Source of the DNA: Bugula neritina | Lineage: Eukaryota; Animalia; Bryozoa | NCBI GenBank assembly: GCA_964035545.1 | Contig: OZ037769.1 | Coordinates: 14,910,633-14,974,632, forward strand | Direction of reading: 5' to 3' | Length of the DNA: 64,000 nucleotides | Shown: piece by piece, positions 26,701 through 38,675 of the stretch | Layout of the letters: each line of letters opens with the position of its first letter | How positions within the stretch are numbered: the stretch's first letter is position 1 | Notes under the pieces: generated by a model | The model's input: the letters and a program-made list of their open reading frames with translations, nothing else | Databases searched by the model: none | Told to the model about the DNA's origin: nothing | Position numbers and translations under genes: made by a program

Positions 26701-28105
26701 AAATCATAAGTTAGAAGAAGCGAATTTGACAAATAGTAAGATTTGTATAGCTTAAGGCTGAAAATTCCTTTTTGCAGGCAAATTCTAGCACTGTGCAACA
26801 GCAGACACCTTATACCAATGCTAGTACGTGTATATCTATGGAGTTTGTGTCTATGTAGAACTTGTTTTATAAGGGAAATACTACTAACATAAAGCATCGC
26901 AAAACATTTATATATATATGCGGAAAATCAAGCTAAACTATAATTTGAGTCACTATAATTGCAATTTTAGACTAAAATTAAGGACGGGACACATCAACTT
27001 GCTTGCACTAACTCTTTTTACAGTGCATTATACAATGTGTAACTTTGACAATTGCAGGTGTTAGTAGCATCATTGGCAGCATTGCTGTAGTTTTGACAAG
27101 TTCTCTCAAGTTTAACCGATTCCTTCTGTACTTCTGTGCCGTGGCCTTCTTTGGAGCAGCTGCTATTGTGGCATCCTTTACTACTAGCAAGGTATGATCA
27201 CTATAATGCCTATAGCAATATCTCACTTTTGAGGCTCACAGTCTTTTCAGGGCCACAGGCTGACATGAAAATTTTTTTTATTAGTTGGAGCTACATTAAG
27301 TGAAATTTTTAACCAATATCGCAGCAGTACTGCTATATTATTGTTTGTGGTTGATCCCATTGATATAAACGTGTGCTCATATACTTATATATAGCTGTTG
27401 GTAACCAAGACTTAACTCTTCAAAATTTTATAAAAACTGTTCATGGTTTTCTTCGAATGAAGTTCTATTTTAGAACTTTTTTTTTTAAAATCAGTTAGAA
27501 TAATCATTGAGTGAAGTGAATTCAAGTGACTCTTTAAAAGTGGGTTATTCTACCACAGTTTAGATAACACTTACTGTAAACAAAACTTTTTACCAGTCAA
27601 ATATAAGGCACACTTACAGATCATGAATGAGCGTATTATACTTTATTTAGGAGATGTATTATGGTTTAGCAGCATGCTGGGGTTTGGGACAGAGTATTAC
27701 TATATCCTCTTTACTTGGAGTAGTCAGTGACCTGTGTTCTGCCAGTCAACTACCTCTACTGTTTGGACTTGAGTTAATGGCTGAAGGTATTGGAGGAATA
27801 GCTCTGGTACCTCTGGCTGGTAAGTAATTTTCTATTATATGTAGACGTTTTTGCTCTTCCAAACATCTATTATATACTAGCTTATATATATATATATTGA
27901 CTTGGGCTTGTAAAAGCTATAGTGGTATGCGAATATTCTTACAAAAAACAAACTTTTTGTTTTAGCATTTATTGGAGAAGCTACCGGTGAAAGATATGGA
28001 ATAATATTTGTTGGTAGCTGTGGAGTTTTAGGAGCTTTGGCGATTCTCCCCGTTGTTATAAACAGTTTAAAGAAAGGAAAGACAACTTATTCAGTCGAAA
28101 GCTGA
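23779..28105 (+). CDS. SLC16/MCT-family MFS transporter, paralog C (complete, ~459 aa)
   Basis: Exons 23779-23989, 24208-24351, 24748-24999, 25594-25673, 25896-26012, 26119-26251, 27058-27191, 27651-27819, 27966-28105. GT-AG introns, same phases as B, 1380 nt open. Confidence 0.9.
25104..25238 (-). mobile_element. tRNA-Thr-derived SINE, degenerate copy (C intron 3)
   Basis: Shares 'caggagcaa..tgact..atg.ctt(t)cc' and 'tttactaagc...taacc.cta.accac..ttgctccc' with the copies at 30037 and 37855. Confidence 0.55.
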
Positions 28106-28419
28106 TTAATATAGCAGATTTGCTTCGTCATTAGTTTTATACGTCCTAGTTGTAACAAAAAAAACCAAAGTAGCCCCAAATGCTCAATATTTCTAGTTAT
28201 AATGAATAGAAACTTATGCACATCTATTGTTTAAGTACATTTTCAGATACCGTTCCACAAGAGATACTATTATATATATGTGATGGTTTATTTATATCTC
28301 AAAAACCTGTTATGCCTTCTTTCTACTTGTATTTGATTTATACAATGATTAAGCTGAATAAGTATTTTAGAATAAAATGCTGTTTCTTAATATGTTAGCT
28401 CCAACAAAAATACCATTTA

Positions 28420-28624
28420 ACATACTTTGCCATATTTACCTGCATTATAGCATTTGCTCTAGCAGTCTTAAGAGGGTATGTGGGTACAATGACATAGCCC
28501 ATCTTTTGTTAATTTTTACTCAATAAATTTGAATACTCCCTGGCATGTGCTCATCTACTTCATATTATATAGCAGCATTATTGTTCTTTGCATCTAAAAA
28601 AGAGAACTTCTGTCTTATACAAAG
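28420..28624 (+). pseudogene. Orphan degenerate SLC16 exon 3
   Basis: ttgctctagcagtc...tatgtgggtacaatgacatagcccatc...tactcaataaatttgaatactccc-tggcatgtgctcatctacttcatatta...aaag|gtaaag aligns to exon 3 (closest to B 10330-10501) with stops and deletions. Confidence 0.7.
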
Positions 28625-28994
28625 GTAAAGCGATAGACTTGCAAATAAGTGGTGTTATTGAAAACTGTATGCAGTTAACTCAAGTTTCCATAATTATCTT
28701 GTACTAGTTTCAAAATACAAAGGCTATATTGTATTGCAACATATAATATATAGCACAATAAGAAAGTATGAGTAATCGTGAGCTAACATTGATTTATAAA
28801 CCTAACATACAATGTTATTATTTGAAGCCATATAATATATATTGGCCTATTTTACATTATCAACCCATTTCTTTTAATAATTGAGTCATTTATCTTGCAA
28901 TAAGCCATATTATAGGTTACAAGTTTTAGAAAATAATTATGAAAGAAAATTATTTACTCATAAGTTTATAAACTAACGGAAGTTTATAGTCGCT

Positions 28995-29183
28995 ATCCCT
29001 GTGAGAAACCCCTAATGGAAAGAGTTTTTGGTAAAGCGGATTAAAGATTTATATAAATGAGGCATGAGAGCAACTATGACTAAATGCTCTTCCTAACATC
29101 AACGATGGCCTTTGTCAGGGCTCGAACCCATGACCTCGTGTTTATTAGGCAAGCACTCTTATAGCCCCTAGACCACGGCTGGC
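28995..29183 (-). mobile_element. tRNA-Thr-derived SINE
   Basis: The minus strand reads agccgtggtctagggg (A box)...taataaacacgaggtcatgggttcgagccc (B box), then the shared body tgttaggaagagcatttagtcatagttgctc. Confidence 0.75.
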
Positions 29184-29683
29184 TACTTATTAGTTTATGC
29201 TATTTGGAATATAGTAATATATAGCAGCTTCTTGCATAATTTCTAACAGGCACAAAATCACGCATTATATTAAATAATAAAGCTAGTGACCTAATTCAGA
29301 GATGTTTAGTCAAATGACTTTTATTTGACACCTTTTAAGTGATTGAATATAGTTTAAAGGAAATTGATACAATGCTTCAATTATATGCCAAGCTAAGACT
29401 CAATACAATTTCGTTGTAATTGAAATCTAATCTTATAATCTATAACAACCAATAGAGTCTCAGTATACAAAATATGTGTGAAAAGAAATTGATACTCAAT
29501 AGTATCTGATTGATAAAATCTATGCCGTCTTTGTGAGCCGCTTTGTTCCTTACATTAAATAAAAGACATTTATGAGATTATCACACAAAATTGCATCATA
29601 GAAAGAATTTGAGTTGAAAAGTGAGCCATTCCTGGATAACATACCTTTGTAGAACTAACACATCTTATGTGGATATTGCAGCA

Positions 29684-32600
29684 ATGGCGTGTGCAAGAGC
29701 CCCCAAAATAACCAAGGATAAAGGTTACTCCTGGGTGATTGTTTTTGGATCTTTCTTGTCTCACTTTGCCCATGTCGGATTTACATTTGGGACAGCTGGT
29801 AACTTGACAATAGCTCATCAAGAGTTCTTCAACGTAGATTTACAGCAAGGAAGTCTCATTGGAACTGTACATGTTGGTGTTCTGTTTATTTTTGGTGAGT
29901 GAATATCCATTACTATATAAAATGTGCTTGAATTGGAAAGTTTGTCTTATGAAATGTGTATTCAATATCATTAGAGATGTATAAGGTATCAAATATAAGT
30001 TCTTTTATATAAAATCCATGCATGTTTATAGTCACAATCCAGCTGTGAGAAAACTCTTGATGTTTTGTTAAATCGAGCTAAGAACTTATTCATATGGGGC
30101 ACAGGAGCAATAATGACTAAATGTTCTTCCTAACATCACTAATGGCCTTTGTCGGACTCAAACCCATGGCTTCATGCATACTAAGCACTCTAACTTCTAG
30201 ACTATGGCTGCTCCCAAATAAGTACTTTTTTTATAATTAGTTTTTTATTTAAGATGTTTCACTAGCTTTACATGCTCCCTTTTGCTTATATAAATAATGC
30301 CATTTAAAAGAATGATATCTTTCTATGTTTACAGGCCCAATAACTGGAGCTATTGTCAAGAAACTGGGTTGTCAGTTGACAGAAATCCTTGGAGGTTTCC
30401 TTCTTATAGCTGGAGTTGGTCTCTCTGCTTTCTCTAGAGATCTTTGGCATGCTATTGTTCTCTACAGTATTATTGCAGGTATTTGAAACAGAAGTGTTTT
30501 TTTGCATAAAAAAACAAATGTAACAGTATATAGTGATTTTAATAATTTGATTTGTTTTACCACCAAATTTCCAAAATTTGCTAGTTCTTTATTTTCTTCA
30601 CCTTGGAAACTCCCAAAGAGTATTCAAAGCAGTGTCAAGTGTATTCAAACTGTTCTATGATTTAATTATTCAGCAAGGAATTATAAAATAGTTTAGTAAA
30701 GTTTTGACTATACTATTTAATTCATGCACTTGGGGGCAAATTCAACTTTATAGAACTGAGATATTTGTTTAGACTACTGGTATACTGTTTCTCTGGGGAG
30801 TGTCAAGATATCACTTTCCTGTACTCAACACTTGTTTATTGTCTCTAATTTTAGGTATTGGAGCATCCTGCTGCTATACTGCAAGTTCTCAAATATTGGT
30901 CGTCTATTTTGACCGATTAAAGTACGTTGCATTTTCACTAGTAAGTCTAGGGAACTTTGGTGGTGTGATGGCATGGTCGGTTCTCTCTCAATTCTTACTC
31001 AATAAGTTTGGATACTCCCAGGCTATGGGCATCATGGCAAGTGCTCATCTACTGCATATCATAGCTGGAATACTGTTCCTTGAGCCAAAAGTAAAGCCCA
31101 TCCAAGGTGAGAGCTAATTTGAGCATTTGGTTTCATTTTTTTCACATTTGGACAGTATTACCCAATCAAGAACTGGTGCTAAGCTTATAACTTTATAATT
31201 GGAAAAAGTTCTTTTAATTTAGGCTAAGGGCGCTTTTTATAATTTATGACACAGGGGCAATTATTACTGGACACTCATCTTAAAGGATTGCTCTATCTTG
31301 TCTAATAAATGGCCATTTAGGTCAAACACACATAATATTGTGTTTTTCTAAGCATGCATTGACAAAAAGCATTTGACCAAAGGTAGAAAAAGTTAGTTGA
31401 AGTTGAGGGTGTAGATTGGTAACAGCCAAAACGCCGATTTTGAAATGAGCTGGGAAATGTGACGTAACAGCGCCAGCATTTCTGCTGGTCACGTGACTAT
31501 ACAAATGAATAACTATAGAAATATGACTGTGAGATGTGATCTTTCAGCTCGCAATTTGTATATTTATAGAAGTGCAAATGTGAATTATCTCAATCTATAG
31601 TTTTTTGACATTTTAAATAACATGTATGTAATAACATTAGGCCATATTTTGCTTGTAAACATTAGAAAAAAGCATTGCAAAAACATGCGTTCTTTAGAAT
31701 GAATGCCTGCGATCGATCTAAACTAGGTCAGATTGTGCAATATTACGGGCACACCAAAGCTGACCTATATAGCACACTGTAACTGCTTGAGCGTTATTGG
31801 TTGATATTGTGCTCAGCAACCTTGAATACTAGCGTTATAGTTAGCACGTGCAGCATAGTTACTGGCGTTCACACGTCACGTATTAGGCTATTCTTTTTCA
31901 TGGCTGAGAATTTTACCGCCCTCAAAATTGGAATTTTGAAAAGCTGTTTTCTAGGCACATATTCCTTTGCAAAGTCACAATTGTTTGCATACACATTAAA
32001 TTATAGTCCATAATTATAATGTGATTGTAATAAACTAAGATTGAGCAATCCTTTAACATCACCGTGCTTGCTAGGCCAGCGCTTTAACCGCTACACTTTT
32101 TTTGACGGCTACTTTGCTTTGTATAACTTTTTTGACCAACTATGGTACCAAGAGTGGTTTGATTCCTTCACAGTTTACTTAGTTTTCACTGCTGTGTTCA
32201 TAAGCATTGCAATTGTAATTGATCCTTCACCAAAGGAACATTTTTTGATGCATGCACTCTTTCAAAAGTGTTTTCGAATATCATATTGCTTGCTAAACAT
32301 TATAATGCATTAGATCATTGAAATGTATGTCTTAGGGTAGTTGTTTGGAAGCAGTACTTTAATATCACACTGATTTTGCAATTTATGATTGTAGAGATTA
32401 CTGAGGACATTGAGAAGAAGGAATGTAAAATCAATGAAAGCTCTGGCATAGATAATCTGGCTTTAGAAGTTTGTGATGTGAGCAAACAGTGTTTCTATAA
32501 ATGTGTATCAAATTCAAGAAAAAATTCAAAATTTCATAAGTTACGGCTTTGAATAGAAATGACTAAAATAAAGGAACCGAAGCCAAATGGGTGTTGAAAT

Positions 32601-35168
32601 ACAAGACTCAATATAACTCCTTGAAATGCATGAACAGATACATATGCTTTCTTTACTTTAGTCTAAGGGAAGATACTCAAAATACTTGGTTTTTAATTTT
32701 TAGGAAGAGTTTGGAGATATCAAGACCGACTCTCTTGAAAACCCTGAAAGTCCCCCAGAAGTGAATGACAACTCTCCAGCAAGTTTAAAAACTGATTTCA
32801 AAAGTTTAATCAAATCCTGGAAGGTAAACACATAATGCTACTATACTTATAAAATCTGTCAGCTGGCATCTATACAAAATATAGCTCAGTTATAAATTAT
32901 GTACGCATCTTGATGGATTTTAGGTATGGCTGTTGCTAGCCAATGGGTTGCTTTGGTCAGTTAATTCTTCAGGATTCTTGATTTTGGTAAACAGCTATAT
33001 TATTCATAACACTGAGATGGATGCCAATGAGGCAGCTCTTGGGGTAACTATTATAGGTAAGACAATGCATTGCTTATAATGCTACAGTATTCAATATTTT
33101 TGATACCATGACCATCAGTCAATTTGTCCAGTTTTGTTAAAATTGAATAATCAAAATTAGGATCTAAATTAAGTGCTGAGAAAATGCTACTTTGTAAAAT
33201 AAATGCCCCATCCAAGAACTGCAGAGCTCCAGCTTGCAAGCAGGCGCGCTAAGCATAGGGGCACACGACATGGGTTACCCACGAGGGCAACATGCGAAAA
33301 AACTTGTCTAGTCCAAAAATGGGGTGTGGTGTACAAATTTTCAAACGTGTAACAAGTTGAGCAAAGGTTGATTCAATTGGGTGATCACCATTTAGCAAAC
33401 ACAGTGTTTTAAATTTCAATTTAAATTTTTAGCAAACTGAATTATAACAAGGTGAGAAGTAAAATTAGAAGTAAAGTTAGACAGGCATTGTGTGTGGTAG
33501 GTAGTTCCCGGGAATTTTAAAAAATTAGGACCTGCATAAAGAAAACTCGAGCCATGTAGCCCTATGCTAACTAATTACACCACAGGGGCTGTTGGGTTAA
33601 CTCAGCATTACAAACTTCATTATTTAATATTTTGCATGTAATTAAGAAACTAGTCAATTGATTCATTTTTTGTTAAATCATCCAAGTTAAAAATACAGAT
33701 CTGAAATGCGTAATATACGTTCAAATGAGCTACTAGCTGCTATTATTAGCAATATCATGATTACATAGCAATTAAATAAGTATAATTTTGCGTGAAAGTA
33801 GTATACTTGACACACAGATTTGTGTAGCTCAATGCTAAAAATTCTTTTTTAAGCAAGGTTGCAAACTGAGTGAAGCAACAAACACTGTATACAGTATTAT
33901 CATATTATATTATATTATATTATATTCTATGCTTTTGAGTTAGTGTTATAGAGCCTGATATATAGTATAAATATAAGAAAAAAGATTATGAAATAGCATG
34001 ACAGAGCTTTCTCATATATACAAACTGTCAAGTGAAGTTATAACTTGAGTTACAATTGTAGCTAATTTATGTAACATAATATACCTAAAAGCGCTGTTTC
34101 ATACATAACCTATTTTTACACAATATTAGACAGTGTGTTTTGACATTTGCAGGTGTTAGTAGCATCATAGGCAGCATTTCCGTAGTTCTTACAAGCTCTC
34201 TTAAGTTTAACCGCTTCCTTCTCTTCTTCTGTGCCGTGGCCTTCTTTGGAGCAGCTGCCATTGTGGCATCTTTTACTACTAGCAAGGTATGATCACTATA
34301 ATGCCTATAGTATAGTATGTCACTTTTGTAGTTGACTGTTGCAATTTTGTGAGTCTTGAAGCTCACATTTTTTCAGGTTCACGGACTAATCTAAAAAAAG
34401 TTATCAATGGGAGTTACAAAATGAAATTCTTAAACAATTGCACAAAAATGTCACTATAATATTTACTTGATATAATATTTACTAATGGTATAATATACAC
34501 ATAGGATCACAGTTTGATCACAGTTAGAAAAGTTTAGCTCCTCATGATCACAAATGTTTAAGCTTTCATCAAACAGGGTCTTGTTTTAAAAAATTTTCAC
34601 GAGTAGTTTAACCTTAAACTCAAATGCATGATTCTAGGAGTGGCTTTTCTAACACATTTACGTTATGTGATTCATTGTGAACAAACCCTTTACTATAGTC
34701 AAGTATAAGTTACACTTACATGAATGAGTGTATTATACTTTATTTAGGAGATGTACTATGGTTTAGCAGCTTGTTGGGGTTTGGGACAGAGTATTGCTAT
34801 ATCCTCTTTACTTGGAGTAGTCAGTGATTTGTGTTCTGCCAGTCAACTACCTCTATTGTTTGGACTTCAGTTACTGGCTGAAGGTATTGGAAAAATAGCC
34901 CTAGTAGCTTTGGCTGGTAGGTAATTTCTTATATATTTTTTGCTAATGAAAACATTGATAACTATATTACAATGACTTGGGCTCGTATAAGATTATTGTA
35001 TATTTAACAAAGTACTTTTATGTTTCAGCATACATTGGACAAGTTACTGGTGAACGATTTGGAATAATGTTTGTTGGTAGCTGTGGAGTTTTAGGAGCTT
35101 TGGCTATACTTCCTGTAGTTGTGCTCAGTTTTAAGAAAACAAGCAAAATCTATTCCATCAGTGGTTAA
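29684..35168 (+). CDS. SLC16/MCT-family MFS transporter, paralog D (complete, ~461 aa)
   Basis: Exons 29684-29894, 30335-30478, 30855-31106, 32395-32477, 32704-32823, 32924-33056, 34153-34286, 34748-34916, 35029-35168. GT-AG introns, 1386 nt open; closest to C. Confidence 0.9.
30037..30215 (-). mobile_element. tRNA-Thr-derived SINE inserted in D intron 1
   Basis: Same family body and head. It is absent from the homologous intron 1 of C and is flanked by an imperfect duplication ataagt(t/a)ctttt (~29995 and ~30218). Confidence 0.75.
31284..32052. mobile_element. Non-autonomous TIR DNA transposon, Kolobok-like ends (D intron 3)
   Basis: TTAA|AGGATTGCTCTATCTT ... AAGATTGAGCAATCCT|TTAA: a 16-bp TIR (1 mismatch), TTAA TSD, and purine-purine (AG) terminus. 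Not seen in C intron 3. Confidence 0.75.
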
Positions 35169-35921
35169 ATATAGCCTCACTATACTAATCACTCTATTGT
35201 AAGAAAATCTTACCAATAAAAATGTTATAGTAATGACTAACAGACTACTTGATTTGTTGGAACCAGAGAAATTGATGATGTGCCTTTTAAGTTTGAATGT
35301 GGTGCAGTTATGACTATGAAAAAGAGGTGCAGTGTTAGCCTAATGCCTTTATATATCTAACATTAATTCAAACTCTAATATTTTCAATATAATTTTGAGA
35401 GAATGATTTCTTTTCAAAATTGTAACTTAATTTATAGATTATTTTTGTACATGCGTGACTTAATAAGGAAAGCAAGTGCAAATAAAATAATTTTCTTGAA
35501 ACTTTTTTAAACCATACATTATAGTTTTATTAGCTAATAGTTTTATTAGCTATTTTTTATAAATAAATGCACTGCATGCAGTGTTTTCAAATGCTTTCTA
35601 TTGGAAGCTTACTCTTGTTTTACATTGGTGTGGCTACAAGGACAAATCCTGGATCAGTGAAGAGATAATTCCACTATATATGGAAATAACTGCAAATCAT
35701 TTAAGTGAATGGCTTTGTATTTCAATAAATGATACACATCATATAGTATTGCTCTACTAAGTAGATTAGTATGAACGTAACATGCATACCACATCTTGTT
35801 ACTAAAATTTTTAACTTCATGAATTTAACATTGCGCTATACTCTTTCATTCTTATTGGTAAAAAACACAGTAAAATGGCCATGCATCCAGGTCATTAGTT
35901 TAACTAATCATTCATGTTTAA

Positions 35922-36611
35922 CCCTTACGCGATCGATGGACCATATATGTCCCTGAAAGCGACACTATCCACAGATCAATGGACCATATATGGTCTTTTA
36001 GGTAAATAAACGATAGCGCTTACTTTAAACTTCCAGTTTTCAACCGAAAAGCCTAAAAGCTTTTGTAATTGATGTTGATAGGGCAGCTTAGTAATTTTGA
36101 GATAATTAGAGCCATTAAATCTGATTAAATTAATAGCTACCAAGCCAGCCAGTTGCTTTTCAATTTAATCTCTAAATTTCAGAATTGTCGGTAAAATTTA
36201 ACGCTACATTTAAATGCATGAAACTGCTGTCAAATCATAGAGAGCCAGTTTATTTTATTCAGATTACATTTAGAAGAACATCTTAATAAACAGAAATGTT
36301 AAAGTCACTATATTTTGAATCATATTATATATTAATTTTCTCATTTTGAATTTTCAATTTTAAAATAGCGGTTTTGAGAGGTCAAATTAAAATGACTTAT
36401 TTTAGCTAGAATTGAGGTCTCCCGTCACTTTAAGAAGCTTTTTATAGAAGAAAATACTCTTAAAATTATAATACCCAGTTTATTTAAAGCCAAAATCAAG
36501 TGTAACTTTTTAATAATGAAATTGAAAGTTAAGCAAAATTTGTTAGCAAATTTCGCGATAAACTCAAACGAGGCTTGAAATTACGTAACTTCAAAGTTGA
36601 TCGCCAAAGGG
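35922..36611. mobile_element. Non-autonomous piggyBac-like element (MITE), 690 bp
   Basis: TTAA|CCCTTACGCGATCGA ... TTGATCGCCAAAGGG|TTAA, with a subterminal direct repeat GATC(G/A)ATGGACCATATATG present twice. Confidence 0.75.
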
Positions 36612-37047
36612 TTAAAAAGGTAAGTTTACACGTGAAAAAGGTCTATCAAAAGGTTGATTAAGCTTTCGTGACGAAATCATGACGGATACAGAGCTTAGAA
36701 GTTTTTAACAATTTTCTTTTTCGATTCAAGTGCTTTTTAACTAAATAGTCTTTAAACTAAATGCAATTGCTTTACAATAAAAAAAACAATTGAAAGTTAC
36801 CAGCCTGGCAATAGTATATAGAATTTGTATGCTTGGAAGTAAATTGATTATAGGTAATGGCATTTATAGCTTTATATATAAATGGACACTGTAAGCCCAC
36901 AATGTGTAATTGCATTATAATAACTACAAAAGATAATGCCTTTCAAAGAAGGTTCTTATATATGTGATCATCATTAAGACATCTTTTAAACCTTGTACAC
37001 TCTTTTATATAAATTGAATTTAGACCACTTCTTTCACACATTTTTAT

Positions 37048-37756
37048 AGCACTCTTAAGTTTAACAGGTTCCTTCTGTACTTCTGTGTCGATCATAGCAT
37101 TCTTTGGAGCAGCTGCTATTGTGGCATCCTTTACTGTTAGCAAGGTATATTCAAGTATGTGTTCTAATTGTGCTAAAATAATGCACCCAGATAGAACAAA
37201 TTCTTGAAGATCAGACAAAGCTCTGAACCACAGGCTATCCTAATAATCAATTAGTACACATAATAAAGTGATCAATCTAAGACAATATAACTGGACAAAA
37301 CTACCAGCTTTTTTGAGAAATTCTTACATATATACACAGCCTCATTATATCCAACCAGTTGATCATATATAAGCTATAACTATTTCAGGTATTCAATATA
37401 TGTCAAATTAGGTTTTGCTTAAAATTGTTTGTTTAAAAAATCCATGCAAATGCTCTTTCTTATATATCAATTAAATTACAATTGTTTCAAATTTCGTCTA
37501 TAACAAAAACAATTTCAGAAATACAAAGCTTACAGGTTGACAAGAACCTAGATTTGCAGTTTATTGTTATGTGTGGCATTTTCAGGAGATGTATCATGGT
37601 TCGGCAGTCTGCTGGAGTTTAGGAAAAGGAATTACATTATAGGTAGTTTACTTGGAATAGTCAGTAGCCTGTGTACTGCCAGTCAAACACTGTTTCTGTT
37701 TGAACTCGAACTAATGGCTGAGGGTATTGAAGGACTAGCCTTAGTACCTTTAGCTG
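37048..37756 (+). pseudogene. Degenerate SLC16 paralog (exon 7 and 8 remnants)
   Basis: A partial exon 7 at ~37048-37144 with an insertion. Exon 8 at 37586-37756 is 171 nt versus 169 nt in intact genes (frameshift); it reads ...LCTASQTLFLFELELMAEGIEGLALVPLA|gtaaat. Confidence 0.8.
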
Positions 37757-37854
37757 GTAAATATTTTAGGAATATGTCTTACAATCAAATATAACAGAAA
37801 TGATGGTATAAAAAATTCACTCAAGTTTATATAAGTCCCTTATGCCCCTCTGTT

Positions 37855-38031
37855 AAACTCCTGATAAAGAGTGCTTTTGTTAAATTAGGCTCAGGACTTG
37901 TTCGGATGGGGCACAGCAACAACTATGACTGGGTGCTCTTCCTAACATCACAAATAGCCTTTGTCAAGATCGAACTCCTGACCTCCTGTTTACTAAGCAA
38001 ACGCTCTAACTCCTAGGCCATGGCTGCTCCC
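37855..38031 (-). mobile_element. tRNA-Thr(AGT)-derived SINE (best-preserved copy)
   Basis: Minus strand GGGAGCAGCCATGGCCTAGGAGTTAGAGCGTTTGCTTAGTAAACAGGAGGTCAGGAGTTCGATC. It has A/B boxes and TAGTAAACAGGAG as in the tRNA-Thr(AGT) anticodon arm, followed by the shared body. Confidence 0.75.
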
Positions 38032-38675
38032 TAGAAATGATTGCGCTATAATAAGGCTATATTGATTGCAGAGGATCTTGTTATGCCCATTTTAAAACCT
38101 AGCTAATTATAATCAATCGGTTTAAATGCTTCATCTATTTTATAAAACTTCATTTCTAGATTCTGTAGTTAGTAAAAAATTTGGATTTAATAATCTGTAC
38201 TTTTAAATTTTTGTCAAGATATGTGGCAGTTGCAAAGATTGAGTAAACAGTGTGACTAAAAGTGTGCTTTTAAAGTTATATGCGGCAACACTCTTCAATT
38301 ATACTGCATAAAGTTGCATGTATACTTTTTAAAACCAAAAGAAGCACCACTTAACTGATGAGTTAGTGGCAAGTTATTAAGTGACTCACTTTTACATCGA
38401 CTGGCTAGACTTATAATCATGCATGCTTTGTTCGAAAGAGCAAAGCAGTTTCTAGTAACAAAATGACTATCAAAAAGTTATTAGACCGTATCCTTCAAGG
38501 GATTCATTGAGATTTGAGCGTCATGTACATACTACTTGCAATTGACAACACTTTTTGAGGGTTCTGCTTAGTATGTAGATGTTATAGTATTCCTCAAACA
38601 CAATCGTGTTCAATGCTTTGACAGATGCATTAGCTCCAGTCAGATGCTTAGATAGTGTTAAGTAGTGTTTTAGAC

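Noticed and set aside
27008-27226. Recurrent minus-strand ORFs containing VKDATIAAAPK (27008, 34085, 36943) and MPKISRESRE (24102, 30304)
   Set aside because: They are antisense readings of conserved SLC16 exons 7 and 2, not a separate gene family.
33222-33535. GC-richer insertion in D intron 6
   Set aside because: It is probably a repeat (absent from C), but no TIR, TSD or other class-defining feature could be established.
38350-38390. CTGATGAG, a possible second hammerhead core
   Set aside because: No GAAA box follows the putative stem II.
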